A DNA stretch of 64,000 nt, from assembly GCA_052426225.1 (NCBI GenBank), contig JBNJNM010000015.1, forward strand, positions 1,860,001-1,924,000. Direction: 5' to 3'. The position numbers and the translations under genes were made by a program. The stretch comes from Zancudomyces culisetae HAW-14-8 (lineage: Eukaryota > Fungi > Kickxellomycota). Below the pieces are notes generated by a model that saw nothing but the letters and a program-made list of their open reading frames with translations, did not search any database and was not told the DNA's origin. Every line of letters begins with the position of its first letter. The stretch's first letter is position 1. This document shows, one piece after another, positions 30,877 to 44,870 of this stretch.

Positions 30877-31939
30877 CAGTATGTGTTATTTACCTGTGAC
30901 CCATATGGCTTGTGATAAGAATTTAGCCCATTTGTCCGAGATTGCGATCTAACCAAGTTATAGCTCCCGACATATTTCCGTTTATCTTCAACGTCATCTC
31001 ATTTGCTATTGGGTGGTATATCTACTATATTTTTGTTTTCTTTTTTAATATTTAATACTTTTTTGAGCACTTTTAGGGTATTTTTTACCTAAATCACTTA
31101 ATGTATTTTGGGCATCATAAATTGAGCATTATGTTTTTGTTAATAAACTATCAACCAATTGTGCCGTCGCATCTACATTGGCTTGTGCCACTACCTTATT
31201 AGACAATATTCTACATCGACTAAAATTTATTCATATTTTTCCATGTCTTCTGTAAAGCGCCTACAATGTCTATACCCAATCATACTAATTGTAATTTGCC
31301 GCAGGTAAAGGTTTAGTCATGCCGTTGTATTATATTTTGTTTGGGAATTGACATTGTAACCAATTATCTTAATATTCTAATTTTTTTTTTCATGTTCATA
31401 TACAAAATCGGTACAACATGTTCATAGTATTGTTAACACCAAAATCGCTGCTTTTCAATATTATTTTAACATATTTCAACATATCTTCAATATTATGTTA
31501 AAATATGAGTACATTTTATTATAGTTTGTTAGAAAATGTTAAATATTTAAATTGATAATTAAATGTTTAATCTTCTGCTAATAGGTATATAAATTATTAA
31601 ATATTTTGTAAATTTGTATAATTTCTATCATTATAGTGTTGACAGTGGCAATATTTACTTCCTGTTACGCTTCTGATTCAATATTTCACTTATAATAATA
31701 TGAATCTTATGTAGAAATGTGCATCCTATCCTCGAGCCCCCATGCAACTCGGTGTGACGGTTGTTTTCCTCAAAAAATCCTATCAATCTTTTGTGATTGG
31801 TGTAAAATCAAATACCGTTCTCGCAGTAATAGATAATTTTTTGAGTGCATTGATGATCTCTACCAACTCAATTGCACAAACATAACTTTATTTCTAGGCT
31901 TTTGATACTAATCATGAATCAAATATTAGTGGGACATTT

Positions 31940-32079
31940 TGTCACAGAACGAGATTTATTGAATAAACATGTTGTAATTCTAAGAGAATTACAACGAAGC
32001 ATAAACGAAATGATTAAATAGAAGATAAAATATTAAGATTAATTATGGATAATAAGAAGTAATATTATTGGCTATAACA
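31940..32079 (-). repeat. Solo LTR, 140-bp family
   Basis: Reverse-complement homologue of 27910-28049 with a perfect TSD CATTT. Confidence 0.85.
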
Positions 32080-34404
32080 CATTTACTGTTATTATTTCTG
32101 TGATACTACGGTTCCTATTGCCGTGACGCTTACACTAGTATCCTAAATATACTTTTTACTACAATCTAGTGAATACTATGGCAATTTTCGGAACTTTTTC
32201 TATTATTGAAGCAAATGTAATAGTGAACTTTAATCTATTATACTTTAACATTCTGGCTTTTGTATCCGTTTGTTAATTAATAAACTATTATGAAATCTTA
32301 GCAAATCCTGGAATATATAATATATTATTTTATTAATCTTAGTATAAATTATAATTTTTGTATCTATTTTTAACTTTTTCCAATTGTTAATATTATACTA
32401 TATTAATTATATTTTTTCTACTATGAAATGTTATAATTTATTTAAATATGATCTACAATTATCAGATATTTATATGATTTGAATAAATACATTTATTTCG
32501 ATTCAATGATACTAAATTAATATTTTGCCAAATGATCATACAAGATTCAAAGAAATATACATATTGTCAAAAAACTAGTAATAGTTATCGATAAACTCTT
32601 GCAGAATTTGATTCATTATTCTCTGAAAAGTACTTGGTGCGTTACATAAGCCAAATAGCATCACCGTATATTCATAACTACCATATCTAGATACAAATGC
32701 AGTCTTTTCTATTGATTCTTCGTCCATCCTTATTTGGTGATATCCACTGCTTAGATCCAGTGCTGAAAAGTATTTTGCCCCTCCTAGCCTATCGAAACAA
32801 TCCTCCATCAAAGGTAATGGATATCTATCTTTAATTGTTACTTTATTTAACGCCCTATAATCTACACACATACGAAATTTACCATCTTTTTTCTTTACTA
32901 ATAGTACTGGGCTAGCCCAAGCCGAAGTTGAAGGTCTGATCATTCCCTTTTTTACCAGCCCCTCTATTTGTTCTTTAACTTTTTTTTAGCTGTTTATCTC
33001 CGTGTCTGTCCATCTGTCTGGCAAATGGGAGTGCATCCCATGATACTATTTATGCCTTTTTCTAAAGTCGCGTTTCCACCAATGTGCTCTGTATCAAATG
33101 AGCTTTTGATTTGTCCAATATACTTTTTAATTCTACGGGTGGGTTGTTATCTTGGGTTGATTGTTCGTTTTTGTTAAAAATAATAGGCCAGACCTCGCTA
33201 ACTTGTCTATTTATAAGTATTTGTTTAATGTGTTTCTACTAGTTACGAATCTGGCAAATTGTGCGCCATTATAAAGTTATTATTTTGCTTTATTATCATT
33301 ATCTTCATACAAATACTTGTACTATTATCGAAATGAATCTTATTTTATATCCAGAAATCAATCCCTATTAACATTCCACATTTAACCCTTGAATAATTAT
33401 TAACTTAATTTGTCTTATTCTTCGCCAAATGTGATTTCAGTATTGACCATTTTATCGCATGTAGCTATAACACCGTTTGCCATTCTTGCCTTGACAGGTG
33501 TTGATGGTTCTTAAATTAATCCGAGTTTTTTTGATAACTCATTTGAAATAAAACTTGTTATTGCGCCGGAGTCTAATAGAATTTTTACTCCAATATTGTT
33601 TATAATGCCATTACTCATCGGTCTATTATCCGTGTTCTGGTTGCCGACTTCGTACATATTTTCAACTATTTCTTCGAAATCGACCATTTTTTGATCCTCA
33701 TCGTCTGATAATCTCAGATTCTCCGTTTTTCGAGCAGTTCGTTCACTCGTCTATCGGATTCGTATTTCTTGTCGGCTCAATTGATGTCTGTACTGTCGTC
33801 TATACTCGATTGGCTTGTTGATGTATCGATTTCATCTTCGAGTAATTTGTTTACTGTTTTTCGCCACTCTAGGTTTATGGAGTTACTAGCTATATTCTGT
33901 TGTTTAACATTATAATTAGCTTATTATTTTTAACTTTAGATTATTATATATTTCTTCAGTGTAATTGTATTAGTTTTATGACTATATCTTTTCACTTTTT
34001 ATTGAATTTTCGTCATTATTGTTTAAAAATGTATTATCTTTAAACTACGTTATTTGATGAATTGTTTATTTAATCGGCTTTTAAATGGTTATTAGTATTA
34101 ATTTCTATTTAAAATGGCATTATAGTTATAAATTGCCTTTATCCGTTTCAATTCGATCACGTCTTTATCATTTTCATCAAATAGCTTTTATAACCATTGT
34201 CGGAAAGCGTTAATACAATTTTTTTGGGTGCATAAGATTATAAGTTCCTTGTCAATCCAAAGAATGGGAACCTTAAACTTTTGATAACAGACGTTAGCTA
34301 TAGGACTTCTTCCACAATTGAAACATATTCAATATGATGTAAAGAATTTTTTTCCTTCATCAGTATTTGTGTCTACTGGTATTCGCTCGCCAGCAACTAC
34401 TATA

Positions 34405-35964
34405 CAGTGAGTTTCTAAAATGTCTCAAAATAATGATAATAATTTTCAAAGTGTAATATATCGCTCAATAATATCCAGTAATTAAATAATTTTATATAAT
34501 ATAATGCACAATTGGTATAATTTAATTTTATAAAATTAGTATTATTATTGGTTAAAAATTCATTATAATTAAAACTGAAAAAATTTTAAAAATGAGACAA
34601 TTTTGGGAATTTTTCAAAAAAAAACTTTAAAATTCTGTCCACCTTCCTTTAGACTTGATAACTGCCTCAACTCTTTTGGACATACTATCTATAAGACCAA
34701 CTATTGTTTCCACTGAAATTAAATTCCATTCCGTTTCTATTCATCCCATAATTCGATCATCCCGGACGGAGGTTTACTGTATCTATTTAGGCGTCTTTTC
34801 ATGATTGCCCATATACTTTCGATTGGGTTTAAGTCTGGAGGTTGTGGCGGCCAGTCCAATGTATTATATTCCTGGTTTTCAAGCCAGCTGGTAACTAACT
34901 TCGCGGTATGTTTAGGATCATTGTCATGTTGAAATATTATTGACTTGGGATCCAACTTGTAGTACTTTATTGTATTGCTAAGCTCGTCTTTTAAAATGTT
35001 TAAATAACCTTCCTTGTTTAACATTCCTTCTATTCGGCACATGTAGCCAGTTCCAGATGCTGTGATGCATCCCCAAATCATTAATGATCCTCCACCGTGT
35101 TTTACGGTCTGGTTAATATTGTGCGGCTGTAGACTCACACCATCACGAACCCAAGTCCATTCATTTCCATCAGATCCAAATCGGTTGATTTTAGTTTCGT
35201 CGGACCAAATTACTCGTCTCCAATCATCAGTAGTCCAGTAGCGATGAGATTTTGCGAATCTCAACCTTTTTGCAATATTTTTAAGACTCAGTTTCGGTTT
35301 GGAGGTTTTTTTATTTGCAACGGCTTATAAATCATTTAATGCCCTATGTATTGTAGACTTACTAGCACTAACAATATATCGATTTCTAACTTCCATTGTA
35401 TTGAAGTAGCAGATCGATACTCTCCAGATAATATCATCATAGTACATATTCGCTTGCTTTGGGGTGAAAGCTTCGTTGGACGACCGCGTTTATTAGCCGG
35501 TAAATTGATATTCATTGCTGCTTTTATTCTGTATATTGTTGCTTTACTAACTCCATTTATTATAATGATTTGGTCAATGCTTCTGCCTTCAAGTAACGCG
35601 TTTTTAATATCCAGTTTACGTTGTTCAGATATCACATTTTAAAAAATTATTATTTTGATTAGTATAACAATTATATATATTATTATATTTAAAAGTTTAA
35701 AAATTTAAAAATTGAATTCATAAAGTTATGATAGTTTAAATTTTTTTTTTGAAAAATTCCCAAAATTGTCTCATTTTTAAAATTTTTCAATTTAAAATTT
35801 CACTATGAATTTTTATCCAATTAATTTACAGTTTATATAAAATTAACATATAACATTTGTGCATTTTATAATATAAAAAACATATAATTTCTGGATATTA
35901 TTGAGCGAGATATTACACTTTGAAAATTATTTTCAATATTTTGAGACATTTTTGAAACTCACTG
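34405..35964 (-). mobile_element. Tc1 (DD34E) DNA transposon
   Basis: CAGTGAGTTTC..GAAACTCACTG termini, ~230-bp imperfect TIRs, TA target duplication. Confidence 0.93.
34628..35635 (-). pseudogene. Tc1 transposase with frameshifts
   Basis: GRP motif, WSDETK, HDNDPKH..PDLNPIE with 34 residues between D and E. Split across ORFs. Confidence 0.9.
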
Positions 35965-37899
35965 TATGTACTATGTTAATTTGCTTGTGACCTTTGTTCC
36001 GTTTTAACATATTTAGATTTTATTTGTCTCAATAGATTAAAATTTGAGTGAATCTACATCATTATAACATATTGTGTAAACTTGACCTTTTGTTATAACT
36101 AGATTTATTTTATTACGTATAAGAACTTGTATTAGAAAAATATTAACTTTATTAAACTAAAGAGTTTATTTTTCACTGGCCATTTTCACAACGAATTCTT
36201 ATATTTTACATACTTTGCCTTCAAATAAAAACGTCATATAAAAATCAAAGGTCAAAAGACCTTGTATATCGAAGAATATTTATTGTCTTACTTCGATTAA
36301 TTTCAAGGAGTTTGACCCTTGATTAATTTCATGATTTTCAAAATTGAGGTTAGTTTCATCATTGAGTTGTTTTGATTTATGTAAAATATTAATAATTACT
36401 CGAAAATTGAATAGGTAATAATTATTTCATGATATTTTATATCAAATATGTAATTAAACGAAATGGGAAATTCATCACATATATTTAATTTACAGAAATA
36501 GATTTAAAATTAAAAAGACACAATTTATATAACATAATTCTATTCACTTATCAACTGAGAATTTATAAATATATAATTATGTAAGATTTGATATAAATTT
36601 ATAGTTACTACAAGATTAGAATATCAATTATCAATTATAATGTTATTATATTTTTAATCGATTTTTAAATAACTCAATAACATATCACTATCCAAATAAT
36701 TTAATATGCAAATATATTGGATTAATAATATCTTAATAATAGTATCGAAATAAGACAAAACCACATTCAAAAAAGTTGTTTAACATGAAACATCTATGGT
36801 TAATTATATAGCTATTAGAAGTTATAAAAAATGTTTTATAAAAACATTAATCGATTAAAGAGAATATTAAAGATAATTTATTGTTTTAAGAAGTACAAAA
36901 CAACAAGTAGAATAGTTCTACATAGTATTATAAATACAAAGTGTTGGATAATTATTAAGTATAATAGAAATAGTTTATGGATAGTTCTAATGAATTTAGT
37001 AATTCATTTACATAACAATAATATTATTTAATTTATAGACCATATATTACTAGTATAATATATTTGTAATTATATATATCGAATTAATTAAAAAATTTTA
37101 ATTAAAAATTCGAATTTACTATAAACATTGAAGTAATTTATATATTACTTGATAATTTTTAAAATAAATTTTGTATAGAACAACTTGAATGTTAAACAAG
37201 CTTTATAATATTAATTACAAGAACAAGTATCGATCATTTATATGTGTTTAAAAACCAAAGTTTATGCATTAATTTTTCTATTTCTCATCTGATTAAAATT
37301 GATAAATATTATAATCATGTACTAAACTAAATATTTTTCAGCCAGTAATGACATTCAGAAATCAAAATCTATTAAAATCTCAAATACTAATTCTGTTTCA
37401 AGAGTAAAATAGGTACCGCCTTGAATCAGACCATTTGCTAATAAGATCGATACTTATCAATATTGATCGTTCTTGAGCAACAACTATTAAAGTTTTTACT
37501 GAAAAACCATTGACTCATTTGAGTTTACATTATTGATCAATTTAATTTGCTAATTAAGAACTCATCAACAAATAGGGCAAACTTAATAACTAACTAGATT
37601 TGTATTAATATAGTTATTAAAAGCAATCGATTATAATAGTATTATAGCATTCGAGAGAAAATTAAAATCAATTAATGTGCAAACAATACAGATATTATTC
37701 TTAAAATGAAAAATATAAATTCGTAAATATTCGCTTCATGAAGCGTGTATTTAAAAATATTTTGTAACCAGATATGTGGTATTAAATGCAGCGCAAAGTA
37801 AAATTTCTTATATTTTATTTTTATAAAGCAAACGAATAAACAGATACTACTAAATAAAATAAGATACTGCTAATCGCATTAAGGTCAAGTAAATCACTC

Positions 37900-39414
37900 A
37901 AGGACATCTTCAAAGATACGTTTACCTATACACAGTTGATGATGATATTTAAAAGGATCAGTCAATAATATATCTAAAGTTATGAAATCGTGGATAAGCG
38001 ATTAAAAAAAGCTGAAGACAGACAAAAATATTACAGTCAAACACGAATAAAGAAGTTCTACATTTTCCATAACGGATATCATAAAAAATATGACTGCCCC
38101 AAATGAAGGCGACTCAACAGCAGCCGGACTGCTCAATCGAATAGAATATTAATTAATCTGCTTTACTTTATAGCTGAAGGATTACTATGCTGAAGAAATT
38201 ATTGCACTTGAAAAGCGAAAGTTAACCAATATCACAGAAATAAATACGAATAGGCGAGTAGATAGACAAGGTTAGGTGAAAGCGAAACCGAAGTACGACG
38301 AGCTTAAAATACATCAACAGCGTCACAAATCCCAAACTGTTTTAACAGACATCCAACCAAGTCGAAACTTTAAAAACTAAAAACTTTACTTATGTTATAG
38401 AATTAGAAATTATAAACCCTAAAATAAAATTATTGCCTTTACTAGTGGATTTTCCAAAGCAAACAAAAGAATTACTTACACTACTAAATATAGAAGATAT
38501 TCGAGATGTAAATATAATAAATATACCGGAAAAGAAAGTTACCAACTGTAAGGTACAAACTATATTATTTAGTAGACATTGTGGTCTGTTATCGATACCG
38601 GTGCAGCGTGTACAGTTATAACTGTTAGTTTACTGGTAGAATTGGGATTACTGGTCCAGGAGCAAACCAGTCAAAATGGTAGTGACGGCGGATGGGAAAA
38701 AGCATCCCACATTAGGAAAAGTTTACGGAGTCCCGCTCAAAATCTCAACAATAGAATTCCCTACTGACCTTGTAGTTATGGACAGAAATGATGACACTCT
38801 CATCTTGTGGACTGACTGGATGCTCAGACATCAGATTATTCTGAATATAAAAGCTCAGGAGATGCGGTTACCTATAGAACAAGCAGAAGTTTCTACAAAA
38901 TTTTTAACAACTAGTATCAAGTCACTATAGAAGATGAAGCAGAAATATATTTTGTGAAAGATCCACCTAACTTAATAGGGGTGACTGAAAATCCAATATT
39001 TAACGAGGTACTTGAATAGTTTTAAGACATATTTGTAAACTACATTACCCAGCTAACTAGTACTGACGTGGCCGAGCACATGATCAATTTAATTGAAGAG
39101 AAGCCAATAAAACAAATGCAGTGTCACATTTCGCATAGGATGCTATTGAATGTTAGATTGGAGCTAACAGAAATTTAAAAGTGGGTATTATATCGCCTTG
39201 TGTATTAGAATGGTATTTCCTTATTGATTTGTTTATAAAAAGAATGATAAGTTGAGGGTATGAGTTGGTTATAAAAATGTTAATCAAAATCTAGAATAGA
39301 TACGTACCCCTTACATGTAATTGACAGATTAGAATAAAGACTGAAGACATAAACAAAACCGCATTTGCTATCCCTGGTAGCGGAAGTTACCAATTAAATG
39401 TTATGCCATTCGGC
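37900..39414 (+). pseudogene. Decayed Gypsy gag/protease/RT remnant
   Basis: VIDTGAACTV, TADGKKHPTLG, TAFAIPG..NVMPFG; cut at 39414. Left boundary approximate. Confidence 0.75.
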
Positions 39415-39594
39415 TGTCAGGAAACTAATTTATTTAAGTTGGGAAACTTAATGTTCCCAAGTTAGGATTCAAAGGTAATTAAATATGATTCTAAATAAAT
39501 ATTAAAACTTATGGGTAAATAATGCGATTCTGACATTATCCCCCCTTCAAAGAATATTTTAAATATATAAAAATAATATCTTGGACAAAAATGT

Positions 39595-39861
39595 GAGCTT
39601 ATAGTCGAGTGGCTAAGGCGTCGAACTTGTATTCTGCAGGACCCTGGTTCGATCCTTCGCTGTAAGACCGTAATTGGGAAGTAATTAGCTGTAGAGTGGA
39701 TGTGATGTTTCACGGGGCCAATGTGCGCGATAACGTCCTTCGGGACTAGTACCGGACCGTTTCACCTCTCCGATAACTCCTTCGGGATCTCGAGCAGTTA
39801 ATTCGAATCACGTGATTGTGTGGTTCAAGACGTTAGCGCCCTCCTAAGTTCATTTTTTTTT
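39595..39861 (+). ncRNA. Candidate Pol III unit: tRNA-like head, structured RNA and T-run
   Basis: TATATAAAA 39564-39572, A/B boxes within 39595-39670, structured module 39669-39837, T9 at 39853-39861. Confidence 0.6.
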
Positions 39862-39997
39862 ATTTTTTCTTTTATAATTTTTTATGCTTTTTAGTTGTTT
39901 TTAGGTTGTTTTTATAGTTTTTTTTGATAAGTATTTAGGTATAATATTGGTTAATTAATATAATATAATGTTGCTCTTATGGTTTGTTGTGATATGT

Positions 39998-42900
39998 CTT
40001 ATAGTATTTTTTCAATAGTTGAGGCGCGTTTATGTTTTCAATCGGCTCCCAGCTTCTTTCACTTATGTCAAAGCCTTTCCAATCAACTAAGTAATATTTT
40101 TTACCCCGTACAAGCTTGAATCCAAAATAGCCTTAACTTCATATTCTTTATTTCCATTTATAATTAGAGGTGGAGGAAGACTGTTTAATAATCTGCGGTT
40201 ACTGCTGGGTTCGATATACGGTTCCAATAACGAGACATGAAAAGTGTTATGGATTTTCATTGATGGCGGGAGGTCTAAACGGACAGAAACAGGATTGATA
40301 ATTTTAGAGATGGTGAAAGGTCCTAGAAGTCTATAGTCAAACTTTTTAGAAGGCCTTTGAGTTTTGATATTTTGGCTGGATAGCCAAACCTTGTCACCTA
40401 GTTTATACTTTGGATGTTCAGATCGGTTTACATCAGCATACTTTTTATATTCCTGAGATTTCTTGTTAAGTATGGAAGTGAGGGCTGATTGAAGTTCTTT
40501 GAGTTGTTTTATCCTATCAGAAGCGCTGGGGACGTGAACGTTTTTAGTGATTTGAGGATCAAATCTTGGATGGTAACCATATAGAGCAAAGAAAGGAGAA
40601 GTATTAGTGCTGGAGTGGAGAGTGTTGTTATAAGCAAATTCGGCAATTGGGAGCAGTTCAAACCAATTATCTTGCTGATAGTTGATGAAACAGCGTAGAT
40701 ACTGTTCCAATGTTTGATTCACCCGCTCCGTTTGACCGTCTGTCTCTGGATGGAAGGCTGTAGACATTCTAGTATCAACTTTGAGCAGTTTGAATAGTGA
40801 ACTCCAAAATTTGGACGAGAATTGGGTTCCACGGTCTGAGATTATGACGTCTGGAAGTCCATGAAGCTTGAATACATGTGTGAAAAATGCGGAGGCAGTT
40901 TCTTCTGAGGATGGCAGCTTCTTAAGCGGGATGAAATGGCTCATTTTAGTGAACCTGTCTACCACTACCATAATAGTAGTGTGCTTGTTGGATGGAGGAA
41001 GATCAGTTATGAAATCCATGGTGATAGATTTCCATGGGCCTGAAGGAGCGGGTAGCGGAAGTAGTTTACCGTAAACTTTGTGTCTTCTGTCCTTTGATCT
41101 ATTGCATGTATCACAGGTTTGAACAAACTCTTTAATAAATTTGCGCATTCCTGGAAACCAAAAGTCTCGTTCCACGAGCTCCAATGTCTTCTTAGCACCA
41201 AAATGGCCGGCTGGGCCACTGTCATGTCTAGAACTTACAACTTGCGGCTTCATTTTGTCGGGGACGACAACACGGTTTCCAAGCATTACAATCCCATCTT
41301 CGACTTCTACTGGCTCGTTAGACTTATGGCTGCTCTGGTATCTTGCGGCATCCAATAATCCTTCTAGATGGGCTTTGCTGGATTTGGCGATTTCTTGAGC
41401 AAAATCACTGTCCACTATGCTAATAATGTCTATGAAGTGGTCTTCGCCTATGATGTTGTTGTTGGCGACCTTATCAGGTGTGTGATTGGGTAAACGAGAA
41501 AGAGCGTCAGGTTTGCCTCCTTGAGATCCAGGCCTGTAGGTTATGATGAAGCTGAATCTACTGAGATCAAGTGACCACCTTGCGTGTCTTCTGTTGAGTG
41601 ACTTCAGATTTTTAAAGGTCTCCAGATTCTTATGGTCAGTAAGAATCTTGAACGGGATGGAGGAGCCTTCCAGATGATGTCGCCATTCTTTGAGAGCCTT
41701 GATGATTGCCAAAAGTTCCTTGTCATAGATATTATAGTTGGATTCGGCAGTGTTGAGTTTGTAAGAGTAGTAGGCACAAGGACGGAGATCACCGTTTTCA
41801 TCTTCTTGGGACAGAGCAGCCCCAATGGCGTAGTCTGAGGCGTCAGTTTCCAGAATAAACTGTTTTCCTGGGTCAGGGTATCTGAGAACGGGGGAAGTGG
41901 TGAGATCCTGGATAAGAGTATTAAAGGCTTCACCTGCCTCCTTACTCCAAACGAACGGTGTATCCTTTTTCAGAAGTCTTGTGATTGGCAGGGCTTTCAG
42001 CGAGAAGTATGGGATAAACTTTCGGTAGTAATTGGCAAAACCGAGAAACTTCTGGACCTCCTTGACATTGGTGGGTGGTAGCCATTCCTTTACACACTTG
42101 ACTTTAGCAGGATCGGTGGCTATTCCATCTGAAGACACAAAATGGCCTAGAAATTCAACTTCCCTGATATGGAAGTGACATTTTTCGGCGTTACAGTACA
42201 GACCATTTTCAAGCAGCTTTTTCAGAACAGATTTCACATGATTGATGTGAGTGTCAGTGTCATTGGAAAATATCAAGATGTCGTCAAGGTATGCAATTGC
42301 ATAGAGATCCAATACATCTCGTAACACATCATTGATAAAGTGCTGAAAGGTAGCGGGAGCATTTGTCAAGCCAAATGGCATGACCTGGTACTCAAAGTGG
42401 CCATATCTGCACCTAAATGCAGTTTTCCACTCGTCACCTTCCTTGATCCGCACCAAGTTGTAGGCACCTTTGTGATCCAATTTTGTAAAGACCTTGGCTG
42501 TACGCAGCCGATCGAACGCCTCATCAATCCTAGGTAATGGGTACCTATTCTTGATGGTAGCTTCGTTCAATCGGCGGTAGTCAACACAAAGGCGCAAGTC
42601 TCCAGACTTCTTCTTTACAAACATGATTGGTGCACCGGCAGGGGAGACAGAGCGTCTGATGAAGCCATTGGTGAGGTTTTCGCGGATGTAACCTCTTAGA
42701 GACTCTAACTCTACTTCAGATAGCGGGTATATTGGCCCCCAGTATGGGGTGTAACCCTCTTTGGTGTTGACAGGACAGTCATAACGGCGGTGAGGAGGAA
42801 GTGAAACGGCAGACTTGGGATTGAACACTTCCTTGAATTCAGAGTATATTACTGGAAGTTGCGGAAATTCTTCCAAGTACTCTAGCGGGGACTCAGAAAC

Positions 42901-43923
42901 GGCAAAAGTTACAGGATCTGGATCCAAGGAATATTCTGGCTCGGGGGTGGTGACTGGGGTATTTTTATGAAATGGCCGGGATCTGACGACTGGTTCTCTT
43001 GGCTCAATTTTCTTCAGGATTGCTTTGGGAAGTTCAGGTCTGAGTGGTACTTTTGGAACAGGGGTTACTGGACGACGGGGCTCAGGAATTTGCTTAACAT
43101 GGTTATTTACTCGATTCTCAATAGCGGTGGGTTTGGGCAAACTTTGGGTTTCAGGTTCTGGAGTGACTGATTGGACTGGTGCAGGAACAGGAACAGGAAG
43201 AATCTCTTCAATTCTGGCGTATGGATTTGACGGAGCTGGGCTGGGGAGATCAGGAGACGGAGGCGGTGAAAATCTTTGATTTTCAGTGTTTGAATCGTCC
43301 AACTTGACCGATTCGAGCAACTTGGCACTGTGTGGAAGCAGGGAAGTTGATAATCTATTCAACACCCTTTGGAGGATAGTTGGGTTTGTGGACGTATTCT
43401 GACTAATATTTTGTTCTACTGGATCTGGATCTGGTTCATCAGGTGACTTGAACACGGCCTGGATGGAGTGGGTATCAACACAATTTGTACTGCAAAAGTC
43501 AGAGTCGAAGTGGATCTGGAGGTCTGGCCAAGTTATACTAGGATTGTGTTTGCGTAACCAGGGTAATCCAAAAATAATGTCAGCGTGATTGGTTGGAATC
43601 GGGATAAGGTCTAGGTGTTCAGAGTGGTTAGGACCGGACTTGATATGGGCATTATCAACCTTGACATTTATGCCCCCTGGGTATATCTGGTGACCATCAA
43701 CACTTTATAGGACGATGGTTTTTACTGCTTCTTTGGTTGGGAGGTTTAGTTTTTCTAATAAATCTTGACGAATAAAGTTGGCTGAAGCACCGGAGTCCAC
43801 TAATGCAACAAGTTCGTATAGATTATTTAAAACAACTTTAATATGAAATTTATTACTAGAAATATTAGAATTATTAGCTACGCTCAGGAGTAACTCCCGG
43901 ACTACATCTGAGCACTGTCTTTT
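39998..43923 (-). pseudogene. pol: Pol of family A copy 2
   Basis: GAA>TAA nonsense at 43705-43707 in the protease, a 1-bp deletion at ~40116 frameshifting the chromodomain, and KLDL>KLDH in RT. Confidence 0.9.
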
Positions 43924-44870
43924 GGCACCCCAGGTATAGGGGGTCTTGGCCTGCGGAGCGGACAGTTACGGAGAATGTGGTTCGGCTGACCACAGTATAG
44001 ACAAAGATTATTGGCTAATCTTCTCTGACGTTCGGCTGTATCTAGCGGTGCTCTTGGACGGGAGGTGACGGCATCAACGTCCATTGGTTCAGGAGCCTGG
44101 TGATCTGGGACAGGCATGGCTGGACGGGGGAAGACCGGTGGAGCCGGAGTACTCCAGTTGCGGAATGGGACGCTTCTCTTGGGCAGGTAGGCACTGCGGG
44201 CATTGATTCTGTTCTCAAGCTCAATCACCTGATCAATGAGCTGGTCCAAGGTGTTTGGTAGCGGTTCAGTGGCAAGGCGCTGGACAAGGCTAGTATCCAA
44301 TCCGATGTAAAACAGGTGAATTTTGGCTGGCTCGTTGAATCCACTGAGAGAGGCGAGGTTTCTGAACTCGGTTGCAAATTCCAGGACGGAACGCTGGGAC
44401 TGGCGGCAACTATGAAGCTGGGTGATAGCTCGGGCTTGGTGGCCAGGATCTGAGAATCTCTTTTGAAATTCATTCTCAAACCCTTTGAAATCTGAGAGCA
44501 ACGGTGATTGGGTATCGATAAGGTTATCGAACCACAGGGCAGCATGACCGGCAAGGTGAGAACTGATGAACCATATCTTGTTATGGTCACTCTGGAACAC
44601 GTCTGTTCTGGCCCAGAACTGGCGCTTGATCTCGGCGGTGAAGGCTCGGAACCTTCCTGATTCTCCTGAGTATTTCTGGATTTCTGGTATTCTGATACCA
44701 TCAATCCTTGGCTGCGGATTTGGTGCAGGCAAATTCTGCAACTGACTGGGGACTTGGGCGGGTGTCTGGGCTTGAGCCTGGGCTTGAGCTTGACTATCTT
44801 GCAAAGCTTGTTGCATAGCTAATTTTGCGATCTCATCTAATTGGTGGACCATCATTAACTCTTCAACCAA
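43902..44870 (-). CDS. gag: Gag, family A copy 2
   Basis: 322 aa, differing from copy 1 at 2 residues. Confidence 0.92.
   Translation of the reverse strand: MVEELMMVHQLDEIAKLAMQQALQDSQAQAQAQAQTPAQVPSQLQNLPAPNPQPRIDGIRIPEIQKYSGESGRFRAFTAEIKRQFWARTDVFQSDHNKIWFISSHLAGHAALWFDNLIDTQSPLLSDFKGFENEFQKRFSDPGHQARAITQLHSCRQSQRSVLEFATEFRNLASLSGFNEPAKIHLFYIGLDTSLVQRLATEPLPNTLDQLIDQVIELENRINARSAYLPKRSVPFRNWSTPAPPVFPRPAMPVPDHQAPEPMDVDAVTSRPRAPLDTAERQRRLANNLCLYCGQPNHILRNCPLRRPRPPIPGVPKDSAQM

Larger units (their letters stand above)
30877..36100 (-). mobile_element. Heavily decayed Gypsy element (same lineage as 47750-52786) hosting a Tc1 and a solo LTR
   Basis: RT 32575-32943 (RMCVDYRALN), protease LLDSGA at ~33570, gag VAGERIPV..CFNCG at ~34300-34402 matching 48155-48391. 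Confidence 0.75.
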
